Positions 1 through 13,039 of a stretch of 38,900 nt of DNA are shown in pieces; positions within the stretch are counted from its first letter, which is position 1; each line of letters begins with the position of its first letter. Location of the stretch: contig NC_068981.1 of NCBI RefSeq assembly GCF_001194135.2, positions 106,764,219 through 106,803,118 on the forward strand. The letters run 5' to 3'. The position numbers were made by a program, and so were the translations under genes. The notes beneath the pieces were generated by a model. That model had not been told where the DNA came from. It searched no databases and saw only the letters and a list, made by a program, of their open reading frames with translations. Source of the stretch: Octopus bimaculoides (lineage: Eukaryota).

Positions 1-174
1 TACGTATCTATGTTATGAAAAATAGGTAAAGAACACTGAGATGAAAGTTTAATCTATGACGTTGTATGTATCACTTTCTCTCTCTCTCCCTCTCCCACTC
101 TTACTCTCTATATTTTTATGTTGAGCGCGTGTGTAAGAATGGCGTTCCAGGTAGAAGGGATGAAATATAAAAAT

Positions 175-211
175 TGCTAGAAACAACAGCCAAATCTCTC
201 TTAAATCACAC
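175..211 (+). repeat. Dispersed repeat fragment (GCTAGAAATAGCAGCCAAATC family), copy 1
   Basis: tgctagaaacaacagccaaatctctcttaaatcacac; homologous to copies at about 7733, 8527 and 27857. Confidence 0.6.
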
Positions 212-244
212 AAAGTAAACAGAATTTTAAAAATCTAATTACTG

Positions 245-374
245 CACTGGAAAGTTCACATTGAGAAAATTCCATTGATGTAAAAATTTTTACGAAAAAG
301 TGGAAAATGTGGATTTCTATAAACTTTCAAAAAGGCTTCACACAGACACAGGACTTCAGATTTATATATTAAGA
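245..374 (-). mobile_element. Possible 5' terminus of a non-autonomous Helitron-like repeat
   Basis: Minus strand reads A|TCTTAATATATAAATCTGAAG, resembling the A|TC..TATATAAA start of animal Helitrons. No matching 3' hairpin/CTRR end was identified. Confidence 0.3.
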
Positions 375-1446
375 TTGATAGATAAATGTAATAGTTACCC
401 ACTTGTCAACTATGAACTATGTACAAGGTTCCATGCAAGTTGTGCTCAGTATTACAATCTATGTGGATTCAGGCATTGATGTTATATCAGGTGTAGCATA
501 TCTGTATATGAGAAATGTCAAACACATGTACACGTGTGCATGCACACACACACTTTTGATAAAATTTGCAAATTTTTTTTAAAAATTAGGTATGAATTTG
601 CTATTTTAATCTCGTTAGATTGTGTATTTTCTATAGTTTTTGCCAGCCTTTAAAATTAGTGGCTTATGCCTTAGTATTTATTCATTTTGCTGTAGCTCTC
701 TCTTTTTTTTTTTTTTTTTCATATTAGAGCACATTTTAATTAACTGTTCTAGATTTTGAAAAACTGTCCCATATAAAATAAATTGTTTTTGAATACTTCA
801 CAAGTTGCTCTTTATGCTACACAGTGGGCCCAGGTTTGGACATTTCAAATTTTTAGTCAGGCCTGTCTTTTTCTTTAAATGTATCTTGAATCTTCTAAAC
901 AATCTGATTCATTCAAATCAGATTCATCAAGCTGACCAAGTCCATTGCTTTAATTATCCTCAGTGAGATCCCACATGTGACCTAGTAACTTATGCATTGT
1001 CAGTGTAGTGCTGATCTGATTTAGGTCTGTTCAAAGGAATAGATACAGGCCAGTACAGATATTTTTGTATGGTTAACTATTGATGTGATCTTTCATATTA
1101 AGGATTCTCAGAAGACTGGCTAAATGTGTACCAAAATTGTTTTTCTTTCTCTGATCAGCCTCTTTCAGTCTTTCTTTCTTTAAATTTGATTTAATATGTA
1201 CTATACAGCAGCACAATGACTTTGCAATGTGGTATAGCAACACTTCTAACAAGCTCTTAGACACTGTGATAGCAATATTTTTATTACTAAGGCATGATAA
1301 AAAAAAGATATCATACTCAGTGAAAAATTATATCCATAATTATATTAATCTAATAATTAAGATGTAGATCAATTTTTTATATTCTGTACACATGAATGTG
1401 TTATTCATGTGAAACCAACAGTGAGAGAGCAACTCAATTTTTGCCC

Positions 1447-1663
1447 TTAACCCTTTAGAATTCAGATTTCTTTGTCCAATTTATTGTTTATATATTCACA
1501 TTGCTTTGAATTAATCGGGCATTGTCCTATAGCTTGATGTTATTGTATATTTTTAGAAAGACATTTTAGGGAGAGGTGTGAGAGGTTGAATCAAGTTAGT
1601 TTTAACTTAAAACAGGTAGAATATTTTGGCTGGATATGGCCAGTTTAAATGCTAAAGGGTTAA
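1447..1663 (+). mobile_element. piggyBac-type MITE, full length
   Basis: TTAA at 1447-1450 and 1660-1663 flank TIRs CCCTTTAGAATT / AATGCTAAAGGG (11/12 match). Homologous copies at 15671, 15811, 17929 and 21443. Confidence 0.85.
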
Positions 1664-3219
1664 ACAGCTGAGGCATTTTATCACTTTCAAGTGAGTAACG
1701 ATCATCACCTGTACCAGTAAAAACAAAATACAAACCCAATTTTATTTCAAAAATTCTCTTCTGCAAAAATCACAACAAGCATACCATTTCAACATTATAT
1801 TTGCAGTTTAAAGGTATCATATGAGTATTAATCTTCATCATCTTTGTAAAAATTGCTACAAATGACTACCACCATCCCATTGCGACATTCTTCTTTCAAA
1901 ATTACTAAAGAGATTCATTTGAATTTGTTTCACTTACAAAGATTGAAACAGACATCACAGTTTATTTTCTGCCTTCCTGTATGGACCTGTTTATGTTATT
2001 GTATTACAAAAAATTGATTATAGACTTAGTACAAAGAAGTGTATGCTTTTGATTTAAACTACTGAGCAACTTAACATGTTGCATCAATATGAAATTCAGA
2101 CATATTTGGCTGTTCCATTTCCCTTTAATTTGCCATATCAAGACCTTCAATCAGGTGTCAGAATATCAAAATATCTATTTAAGTCTTCAAGATAGTCCAA
2201 TTTAGAGCCCAAAGATAGATTCCTGACAAAATTTTAATTAAGATACATGTGCCTTCTCTTGTATATCCACTCTTTTTCAAAGGAAGCCAAAACTGTTTAT
2301 GAAACTGTTTTTGCCTGCTATATGCTATCTGCTCGTGTAATAGCCCAGGCCTTTGAGCACATTATCACATGTCAAGATTTTAAGAATAATTTCACTTAAT
2401 AGAATAACAGTCATTTAAACCATTTGAGATATTTTACTTATAAATTCTACTGCATAATTGCAATACTTGAGGAAATGGTTGAGAGAAGCTGCTATACAAT
2501 ATGCTTATATTTTATTGAAACAGGGGGTTACTATTGACAGATACATTAACCCAATTCTATTCAAACATAATAAAACATATTTTAGGCATGTTGAAGAATA
2601 TGACCCAGTTAAAATTTTGAAAAATTGTGCCTAATTTACATATTCGAGATTTAAAGATATAATTAGCTATTTTGCATATTAGATATTGAACTGGTTGGTG
2701 GCTGGCTCTAAAAGATAAGTTTAAACAAAGTATGATTAATATGTTACTTACAAAAGTATTTCATTTTCACATTAACTTAGCAGAGCTAAGTCAAATTTTG
2801 ACCATGGAAAGCAGACGTTAAACAACAACTGTTTTGTACTACACACGGTATTGCTAGTTTAAAGTTCAGCTGCCATTTCTTTTTTAATCTGTCAGAGGTC
2901 TTTTGCAGAACATGGTGAAACAGTTAATCAGCTGGTACATTAACTATATAGCTCTGCTAACGGCTCACTAGTAGGTACAGCCCATCACTTTCTGGAGATG
3001 AGATGGCATATCTCTGCTCATCTTATGTTCCCATTGCATATAGCGTATAAGGAGTTTGTCTCAGAGGAGGATATTGCTACTAGAATTGATTCAGGTCAAC
3101 ACAAGTAGCCTGTGCTTAGCTAATCACTCATTATTTCCTTGGAATTTTATTCTAAGTATGTGAAGCATTTAAATCTTAAAAGGGTTTGCAGTCAGTCTTT
3201 TGTTCAGTAAGATAATTTT

Positions 3220-3532
3220 CATCATCATCATCATCATCATCATTTAATGTCTGCTTTCCATGCTAGCATGGGTTGGATGGCTTGACCAAGAACCGGTTAG
3301 CTGGGAGGCTGCACCAGGCTCCAATTTGATTTGGCATGGTTTCTACAGCTGGATGCCCGTCCTAATGCTAAACTACTCCGAGAGTGTGGTGTGTACTTTT
3401 TATATACCACCAGCACGGGTGCCAGTCAGGTGGCAATGGCATCAGCCACACTCGAACGGTGCTTTTTACGTGTCACTGGCACAGGTGCCACTGGCATCAG
3501 CCATGCTCGAATGGTGCTTTTTACATGCCGAA
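3220..3532 (-). mobile_element. SINE-like retroposon with (ATG)n tail (family B)
   Basis: (CAT)7 followed by ttaatgtctgctttccatgctagcatgggttggatgg...; strongly similar to 16575-16811 and, in reverse, to 36421-36691. Contains an internal duplication of a ~35 nt unit (ggcatcagcca..ctcgaa.ggtgctttttac.tg). Confidence 0.85.
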
Positions 3533-3951
3533 CAGGTGAGATATGATTTGTAAGGATGCAGCACATATCTCAAATCGGTTGGTATTTTCTTTTAATTTGT
3601 TTACTGTTTTCTGAATTTAAATATTGTTAAGTTTAAAGAGATGTTGCCTATGAAAACTTAGCACTATGGTTATGTCTGTAAAGATAGCCTATCATGGGTT
3701 GCCTAAAGAATTTGCTTTTCAAATAGCTACTTTAGAGGGAAAATATATTCTGTGCTCCCATGGCCCAGTTAAGAACCAGCTTTGATCCTTGCAAATTTGT
3801 TTCTTGTAAGGGTAGTGTACATACGCATAAAAGGCTGATGAGCAGTTTTGATGCAATGGCTGGCTCCTGTAGTTTTCACATCAGGTTAAAAAGTGCTTCT
3901 GTTCAGCACTGAACTACAGTATGATATTTGTTTGTGCTTAGTTGTACTAGG

Positions 3952-4010
3952 CTGTCCTTAGAAAAGACACTGAATTCTCAATGAGAATTCAGTGTCTTTT
4001 CTTAGGACAG
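3952..4010. repeat. Near-perfect 59 bp palindrome
   Basis: Arms 3952-3980 and 3982-4010 pair at 28/29 positions around a single central A. Confidence 0.95.
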
Positions 4011-7000
4011 AAAATCAATTGTCACTTTTTTCAGTTTGCAGACAAGCATTATTTGGTTATAAACATCTTTATATGTATTTTTTTTCTGCATAATTCTTAA
4101 CTGTTAATTTCCACTGATATCTGGCTATCTCAGAATATTATATAGCTAGTTTTCTGTTGTTGGTAGTGGTGGTGGTAGTAATGACAATATTATCTTTTAG
4201 CAAATAACTTCGGCAGTTCTGGTTTTTAATTGTTACTCATACTATCATTTAATTAACATATCAGTATTTTACTACACACCCTCACTCACTGTAAAAATCT
4301 ATTGTCTGTAAGATTATGAATTGTTTTGTCTTGCTAATGGACATTATTGCTCTATATGGTTACAATTAAACATATATGTATATATATTTTTTCATTTCCT
4401 GTTATAACTATTGGTTGGTTTATCAATTATATACCAAGCTAAATATATTTCTTAATGCTAATTAAGCTCTTAAGTAGAATATGTCAAAGAAAAGAAATGG
4501 TTTCAACAATACTGTCACTTGTGTACTACTGATGCACTACTCTATTGGAACCTGTACTCATAGCACCATGTTCATTCACAGCTAATTCCTCATTATTCAG
4601 CTCACTTTCTCCACTCTGGAATTGTCTTCTGAATCTCTTTGAAGTAAGTATCTATGTAAAATGTTCTTTAAAGAGAATCTCTTACATACATTTACATGCA
4701 GACATGCACATTTGTTTCTTAGAAGAATCTAAAGCATTCAGTATTAGCTGTTGATACATTCTCCTTCCTCATGTTATATTTCCCTTTCCTCCTCTCCCAA
4801 TTTATATTATCAGAATTTGGCATTAATAAATTTGTTATGTGATACTTTTTTCCCCCTTCATTTAGCATTGTAATCAAGTATAGAAGTACATGCAAGCACT
4901 TTAAAAACAACAGCAAGCAATTGCTAAATTTTTCAATTTAGTCTCTCCTGTGACAAAACTAGTCCCTTTCTCTATATACTACTTCTGTTACATCTACCTC
5001 ACTTTTAGTTAAATATTCTTCTTGCATCAATGCTATTATGTCTCACCATCCATATACCACCTTTTGCACCTTCTTCAGTCCCTTCCTTCCATAAATGACC
5101 CTCAAAAGTTTGCAGTAAACATATGATCTTCAAAATTTTTAAGTAAACATTAACAGTATTAAAAACTTTCTTGATCATTCCTGTCTCCAGTTCAGGAGAA
5201 CAATGTACACTATCCCTCCAAGTGTACATACATCTAAATTTGCCTCAGTGACATGAGTTAAATAAATAATTTAGCAAGTCTAAATGTTTTTTCTTGGCCT
5301 TCAATTGGAAATTCAGGTTTTACGACAACAGTGGAAAGGACTACTACTATGTTCCAATTGTTATGTAATATTAGTATGTATTATAGTTTAGTTATTTGTA
5401 TGTTACACGTACCATTTAGAATATGTTATCAAATATGCTTATAGATTTTACAATCTGTAATATTAAAATAGAATAAAACATGTTCTTTGAATTGATTATA
5501 AGAATATAAGCAATTTACACCATTGTAGTTTTGAAGGTAGCCATCTTTTACTATATAATCTTATCATACTGATAATACTTCCCCTTTTTTTCCTGACAAT
5601 GTTAACTTTTTACTCTTTCTTGTCAGCAATATTTTGCCAAAATTGAGATCCCACTCCTTTTTTTTCTTTCTCTTTACTTATCTTAGAGATTTGATTTATT
5701 AAAAATTTTTACTGGAATTATTTGACCTATCCCTCACCATTTGTGAAAGAGTTTTGTTGCAAAATAAAAACTTAGTTAAACTTAAAACGATCTGTTCTGA
5801 TAACCTTTATTGTAATCTTTTTTTTTTCAACTCTTACTTAATCTCTCTGATGATATTCTTTAGAGCAACTTCAGAATTTCTTCACTGACATATTTTTGCT
5901 TCCATTGAAACATTAGGTAATAATTTTTTTTTTTTAAATGAAACTGGCATAAATAAAAGAATTTGTCATGTTTCTTTCAAAGCCACTCTTACTTCAGAAT
6001 TTGTAAGGTGCAAGTAATGCATTTTAGAATATTAGTTTCATTTAGTTTAGTAGTCACAATATTATATTTCCCATTTGGAAAATTAGGTAACTGGTCAAGA
6101 AACTCTAGTAATGTGTTGAAATCTCTAGCTAGGTGACAGCTTATTACAGACATTCTTTAACAAATATACAGTCTCTGTGGCTAGAGTTTATTGTTTTTAG
6201 AGTTTATCATAACTTTGGGCATTTAAATTCTTAGATATCTGAATGATAAATAATTTCTTGGTTGTATCAGTTTAACTTTATTTTCATTAAAATCTTCTTG
6301 AATATCACTACCACAACATTTTCTCCTGAAACCTCAGTAACAGGGTTTTAAAGGGGATTCAAAAGAAAACCTTACTAGTACACTCACCCAAAAAACACGA
6401 TATTCATAGCTAGTTTTTATCTGGAAATAGCAATGCACTTCATAAAGCACAAAAAAGAAAGAGGTTATAAAAATGTTATGTAAATTGTAATAACGAAATA
6501 ACTAAGACAGCCAAGTGAAGAAATCCCCAGAGATTATATAATCTATGTTAGCGCAAAAAATTAACATTCCTCTAACACGTATCAAGTTAATATTGTTGCA
6601 AGTAGACGTGTATTATGAAAGAAGCCATGTAAAATATAAGCTACTGTTCTCAAGAAGATAATGGATTTTATTAGTGTCTTCTCATTAAATTACTCACAGA
6701 GTTAATTAGTAGTACACCTCTGAGTTTATTTCTGTTACAACCATATTTGTGGCATGGTTAAAAACAAAAAGAAACTGGCTTACATTTGTTTGTATAAGAG
6801 TATATTTGATTGATGTGATCTCCAAGTACAAAACTGATATCAACCACTAATGGCTGGAAGGCAGAATAGGAATGTATGCAATTTGAACCGAAAACAAAAC
6901 AAAAACTGAAGCAGTGTACTAGATAGTATGATGCATACAGCTATAGTAATACCAGCCAGTTATTCTTCCTCTGTTATGCTGCTCAAGAATGACTTTAACA

Positions 7001-7457
7001 TCGAGCCAAAGAATGCATCTATTTTCATCTAGCTCTGCTCTAGTTTTGTAATGGCCATCTCTATTTTAACTTGTTTACTTTTCTGTTAGGAGGATTTTCT
7101 CTTCTCTCTATATATTCATTGTAGTTTATAATTACTTTGTCAACTATTCAAAAAGTAATAACCAGTTTATTCTTCAATGTCTGAATTCCTGTAGTTTGTA
7201 TTTATGAGGTGTAGTGCATTTATTATTACATTAACTGCCCCATGATGTTAGTCAATATTCACTTAAGAGGTAAGCTTTATTAGCTCAATGTAATTTTCTC
7301 TGTTACTTCACTAATTCTTAGAGTTCCAAACTTAATTTTTTTAATATTGTGTTTCGTAAGTTAATGAAAACCGACAGATACATCAGTGTATAAAATATTA
7401 TGTCTATATGTATGTATATAGTCTTTAGATACATACATATCTATATCTCTCTTGGTC

Positions 7458-7460
<3 letters not shown>

Positions 7461-7518
<58 letters not shown>
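7461..7518. repeat. (TA)n microsatellite
   Basis: Uninterrupted TA dinucleotide run. Confidence 0.95.
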
Positions 7519-7522
<4 letters not shown>

Positions 7523-7732
7523 CATTCAAAAGAAACATAATGGCTTGAATGTACACACATGCAGTTATGCACTGCCAATAAATAAAATATCTTGTCAAAC
7601 CTAAATCATATTCTTACAACTTAATGCATAACTTGTCAAATACATATTAAAATTTGTATATGTAATAGATGCTGGAACCTAAACACATGGTATATTTATG
7701 ACTAAAGCATGGTAGCCTCAGTGTAGTTGTAT

Positions 7733-7793
7733 GACCTGTTAGAAATAGCAGCTAAATTCCCCTTAAATCACATCTTAGCATCCTTTGAAAAAA
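7733..7793 (+). repeat. Dispersed repeat fragment (GCTAGAAATAGCAGCCAAATC family), copy 2
   Basis: gacctgttagaaatagcagctaaattccccttaaatcacatc; homologous to the other copies. Confidence 0.6.
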
Positions 7794-8526
7794 TTCAGTT
7801 AGCTCTTACTTTTAGATCTTAAACAGCCCTTGGAGGGAGTTTTAGTCTATTGACTGCATGATCAAAGTTTTTCTACTCACTATAATACAAATGTGAAACT
7901 TTATGTACATTTAGTCTACATAATGCTCTCCTTTAGGGTACTTTATCTCGGCCATATTGTTAAGAAAAGGGATGGACCCATTGGATAATGAAGTTGATAA
8001 ACAAGAACATGGTCTCAACTGGAAAGTTTTGATTAATACTTCTGGTTACCTAATTTATTACATTCCCATAACAAATATAAGCCAGCTTCCAGTTTAGAAT
8101 TAGTATTTTAAATTCATTTATAACACCTGTTTATTTCCATTGAAAAATAATATTCCATGTAAAAAACTTTCTAAGTGTTTTCTTTTTTTTAATGCTCTGA
8201 ATGGAAAATTTGTTTCAAAAAGAGTAACTGACAAAACTGGATTGCCCAAATAATCTTCCAGGGTCTTCTATAGCAATATATTTATTTAAAAGAATCTTTA
8301 TGAATGCTATTTAAAAACTTTATGAATGTTATATTATGTTATGAATGTTATACTGGCACCACATGACTTATGACTGTTTCACTATTGGACACTAAATATG
8401 TTCAAATATTTTTGTTTTGATTCAGTTGTTATTGATACTTAGTTTTTTTGATAATTTTCCTTAATTCAAAAATTAATCTTTTTTTTTCTTTTAAAAATTA
8501 TGGATGTCTCTATGGGGCCAGTTGAT

Positions 8527-8594
8527 CTGCTAGAAATAGCAGCCAAAAGCTACCACAGATCACATTCTGCCATTAAAATAAGAAAAGACATTGG
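8527..8594 (+). repeat. Dispersed repeat fragment (GCTAGAAATAGCAGCCAAATC family), copy 3
   Basis: ctgctagaaatagcagccaaaagc...gatcacattctgcc...aagacattgg. Confidence 0.6.
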
Positions 8595-11042
8595 CTGATG
8601 TAGTTCTAGAAACATAATGTGATGGGACGGTCATGGCTTGAATATGTTTTATATATACTGCTGATTAGTGAGAGTTAATGAATACCAACTACCCTATCCT
8701 CTCTCTACAAATCAGTAAATTGTATTTTGTAAATAAAGACTAAACTGAAATATGCAGTTATGTCTGTGACTGTCAGGCTCCTTTCATAAAACTATGCCTA
8801 GCTTTGATAATGTTGAGAATACTTATTGGTTATTAGATGAAAACAACTTTTAAATGTTAATTGATTTTATCAGTTTCAATTGAACTTCTCAGGTTATTAA
8901 TATAAGGAAATTATATTAGAGTTTAAATTTTGATTTTATTCATGGCTTTGATTTCATCTTTAATTCATTAGGATTAAATTATCCAGCTTTTGGTTCAATA
9001 AAACTGATTTTTACTTTGTTAGTGCAAAGCCACATGCATGTAGGATAGTACCATTACTTTCTAATTGAATAGTTATCATTTGAACAAGCATCTATTTCTA
9101 ATTGCGTAAAAAATACATGTCCAAATTTCTTCCATAAAAAGAACCCACACCTACTCAAAGTAAAGTGGGGGTGGAGAAAGACCACGCCAATCATGCTAGC
9201 ATCAAGCAAGAAATGTAATTATTATTTTTTTTTTGTAAGTAACTATTTTTATACTTTCCATAGTGATCTGGTCAGAAAGGAAACCAGGAAGCACAAACCA
9301 GTTAAATATTTCAGTAAGGGCAAAGAACTACAATATTCCAGTTGTATATTTTAAAGAATAATTTGAAAAATATAGCTATCATAAAGATTTTTAACATAGA
9401 TATAGAAATTCAGATTTATAACTTAGAAGAAATGAGCAGTTATAGTATCTCTGCCTGTCCACAACCTCTTACCAATAAATACCAAATTTCTAAAAGGAAA
9501 TCAAATCTGAACAATAGATTTCATTTGACTAAAAGATGAAAGGTAAAATGGATATATATATATATATGTATGTATGTAAATAAATATGAGTGTTAGATGT
9601 TAACATACTCTACTTGATCAGGCCAGACCTGAGGCTAAACAGCAATATTTCATAATGTTCTTAAGTGTTGTAAATGAAACCAGGAATTGTCCTAAAACTT
9701 TTGGAAAACAGCATACATGAGTTCAGAGTACTTATGTATGTTGTTTTGCAAGAACCAGATGAAAATTCAGTGTTTCAGATGAGTAGAAGTATGCTGAAAG
9801 CTGTTTTGTAGCCAAAAGTGAGGGAGAAAGGAGATGAAAGAGAGGAATACCGAAGTTAGGAAGTGTGAGAGTGCAGAATCTGTGTAGGGGACCATGCACA
9901 TGTTCATTGAGAGATGTGCATGAGCATGTTGTATGAGTGCATTCATGTGTGTGCTCGAGGGTGTAGTGTATGTGTGTGTACACTACTCCCCACAATATAC
10001 ACCTCCTCCACACCTACATGTACTCACATGCTCACACATTCTCTCCTATGCATACACACACAGAGACAAGAAAGTAAATACACACATACCCCTCCATAGC
10101 CTGCACTCTTACACTTCTCTTTTCACTAATCTCCTACTCATTTAGCTACAAAAAAAAGCACCATTCAATAAACTTGTGCTATTTCACTTCCATTCACCAT
10201 GCTGTTTTTGCGTTAACTGTTTGGCCTTTCTTTCCCTTCTCTCTTTTATCCATGTCTTCTGTTCCTAAGAAGCACCACTGTCGAAAATGTTGAATCCCCC
10301 CCCCCATTTCTTTCCAATGTTTAGGTATGTACTTTGCACTTTTGTATGTTATTTTGTTGTCTTTTCCCAAAAATATTTTGCATATTCCATCACTATGCTA
10401 ACACAAATCAACTGGATTACTTCTGAATTTACATTGTTATATCAACCAAGGAACAGTCATAAAGCTTATAAAAAATATACTAAAATGCACCAGCACACAT
10501 ACACACAGGAAAAAAAAAAAAAACCTAAAAACTCTGAAGTTAAATATATTTATACAGATTTTTAGCCTGGGCATCCATCTGTAAAAATGTTTCCTAATGG
10601 AAAAATTTGAAGTAGAAGAAACTACATTTATTGTCTCATAATAATTTCAAATAAATCTTCATTCTACATTAAAATTGTAATTTACTTTCTCAGTTGAAAT
10701 TTTGAAATACCTTTATTATGTCAGCTTAACATGATATATAATATACATGCTAATAAAAACAATTTAACTATATGGCTTACATATATTAAAAGCATAGACA
10801 TACTCATAAATTTTGGAAGCAAGAATAATAATAAGAACTTTTAATGTTGCTGTCATTAGGTGTTGAATGTAGAAAAGTAAGCTGTAAAATATAGAACTCA
10901 GTTATAGTGACTTCCACTTTTTAAAAAGGGTTCCTTACATATCTCATCTGATAGGATGAATGCATATACTTATTATTAATACTAATTTACATAGTTATCA
11001 ATACCCATATATTATATATAATTATTATTAATACCAATCCTG

Positions 11043-11123
11043 AAGGCATGGCTGTATGGTTAAGAATTTTTTTTTGTAACCACTTGATTCTAGGTTTAGT
11101 CCCATTGCATGTTACCTTTTGTT
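11043..11123 (+). mobile_element. 5' head of tRNA-derived SINE (family A), cut by the gap
   Basis: aggcatggctgtatggttaagaa...ggtttagtcccattgcatg matches the head of the copy at 18455. Confidence 0.7.
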
Positions 11124-11973
11124 NNNNNNNNNNNNNNNNNNNNNNNNNNNNNNNNNNNNNNNNNNNNNNNNNNNNNNNNNNNNNNNNNNNNNNNNNNNNN
11201 NNNNNNNNNNNNNNNNNNNNNNNNNNNNNNNNNNNNNNNNNNNNNNNNNNNNNNNNNNNNNNNNNNNNNNNNNNNNNNNNNNNNNNNNNNNNNNNNNNNN
11301 NNNNNNNNNNNNNNNNNNNNNNNNNNNNNNNNNNNNNNNNNNNNNNNNNNNNNNNNNNNNNNNNNNNNNNNNNNNNNNNNNNNNNNNNNNNNNNNNNNNN
11401 NNNNNNNNNNNNNNNNNNNNNNNNNNNNNNNNNNNNNNNNNNNNNNNNNNNNNNNNNNNNNNNNNNNNNNNNNNNNNNNNNNNNNNNNNNNNNNNNNNNN
11501 NNNNNNNNNNNNNNNNNNNNNNNNNNNNNNNNNNNNNNNNNNNNNNNNNNNNNNNNNNNNNNNNNNNNNNNNNNNNNNNNNNNNNNNNNNNNNNNNNNNN
11601 NNNNNNNNNNNNNNNNNNNNNNNNNNNNNNNNNNNNNNNNNNNNNNNNNNNNNNNNNNNNNNNNNNNNNNNNNNNNNNNNNNNNNNNNNNNNNNNNNNNN
11701 NNNNNNNNNNNNNNNNNNNNNNNNNNNNNNNNNNNNNNNNNNNNNNNNNNNNNNNNNNNNNNNNNNNNNNNNNNNNNNNNNNNNNNNNNNNNNNNNNNNN
11801 NNNNNNNNNNNNNNNNNNNNNNNNNNNNNNNNNNNNNNNNNNNNNNNNNNNNNNNNNNNNNNNNNNNNNNNNNNNNNNNNNNNNNNNNNNNNNNNNNNNN
11901 NNNNNNNNNNNNNNNNNNNNNNNNNNNNNNNNNNNNNNNNNNNNNNNNNNNNNNNNNNNNNNNNNNNNNNNNN
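11124..11973. other. Assembly gap (850 N)
   Basis: N run flanked by a SINE head on the left and (TA)n on the right. Confidence 1.

Positions 11974-12021
<48 letters not shown>
11974..12021. repeat. (TA)n microsatellite at the gap edge
   Basis: TA run directly after the gap. Confidence 0.95.
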
Positions 12022-12026
<5 letters not shown>

Positions 12027-13039
12027 CATACATACATATGTAAGAGTACATGTGAAATAAATTCCTTTAAAGCTCAGAAGGTTCTCTAATAGTAGTTGAT
12101 AGATTTTGTTATTTGTTGACTTAACCAGCCTTGGTCATGATATTCTGAAAGCATGAGATAGAAAAAGATTATGTTGGTGAAACATTTATGTTTTTGTCTT
12201 TTGTATATTTTTGTGCAGAATCCACTTGAAGCAATTCAACCAAATGATAGGTTCTAGTTTAAATATGATTGCAAAGTGAAATGTATTTATGATTATATTA
12301 CCAGATGTGTCCTTCTTTTCCTAAGACAATAGGAACGATTTAAGGTAATTTGATTACTATTTTTTTAATAACAGGATACATACAGATTCTCCCTTTTAAT
12401 TGGCACAGAGGCTCTCTTATTGACTTGCATAGAAACTCACTCATATGCTCATGTTAGTTTTCTCTTGTAGTTTGCCTGTGAGATGAAATTTTAAGTGACA
12501 TATTTTTGACATTTTCTGCTGGTTTTAATTACCAATCTAATGGGAGATTTTATTTATTACTTTATTTATTTCTTATTCTTCCATTCAAAGTGATATTTCA
12601 ATGTTTCCAAATCATATGGTTAAATAAAGTCAGAGTTTATCTTTGGTTTGTGAAGTGTTACTCCTGATTCAGATGCTGATCTATTGTGCATCACCTTCCC
12701 TCAGCACAAATTGATTTTGATACTAGAAATTAATTAGCCACTTGTCAACAGTATTGCTGACAGTTTGTAAACAATTTATTTTTCAACTGACTGCTTGATG
12801 TGCTACTGGCTTGACCATCTGATTTTTTTTTAATATGACATGTAAGATAATTTTATATATATGTCTCTGGTTAATAGAAAATATGAGAAGTTACATAGCC
12901 AATGCCCATATCCTTGAAGATGTGACCTTACACAAAATATTAGCTATCTAGGCACCAAAAAAAATGGCTTCTAACTTAGAACATAGATACATACATCACA
13001 TGAATATAGAAAATTCACTATATTTTCAATAAATTCCTT

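Noticed and set aside
4545-4754. ORF containing a perfect GTAAGT donor at 4644
   Set aside because: In-frame stop just upstream, no convincing acceptor, no recognisable product.
5030-5130. Minus-strand RRCKRWYMDG, resembling a MULE transposase WxMDGTF motif
   Set aside because: Only a few residues match and the flanks give no further MULE motifs.
5203-5229. Short hairpins of 7-9 bp (5203-5229, 19086-19106, about 23424-23462, about 37497-37518)
   Set aside because: Within chance expectation for this length and composition.
10265-10300. KKHHCRKC, resembling the FYVE R(R/K)HHCRxCG motif
   Set aside because: Followed immediately by a stop, and the other FYVE cysteines and WxxD motif are absent; likely coincidence.
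10987-12089. Six long ORFs (305-354 aa) in the track
   Set aside because: Artefacts of the 850 N gap plus (TA)n translating as YIYI.
12219-12344. 126 nt segment with a good acceptor (tttgtgcAG) and donor (aag|GTAATT); phase-0 frame has two TAG stops that editing could recode
   Set aside because: All frames are closed, there is no homology cue, and such splice-like pairs are expected by chance in 39 kb of AT-rich DNA.
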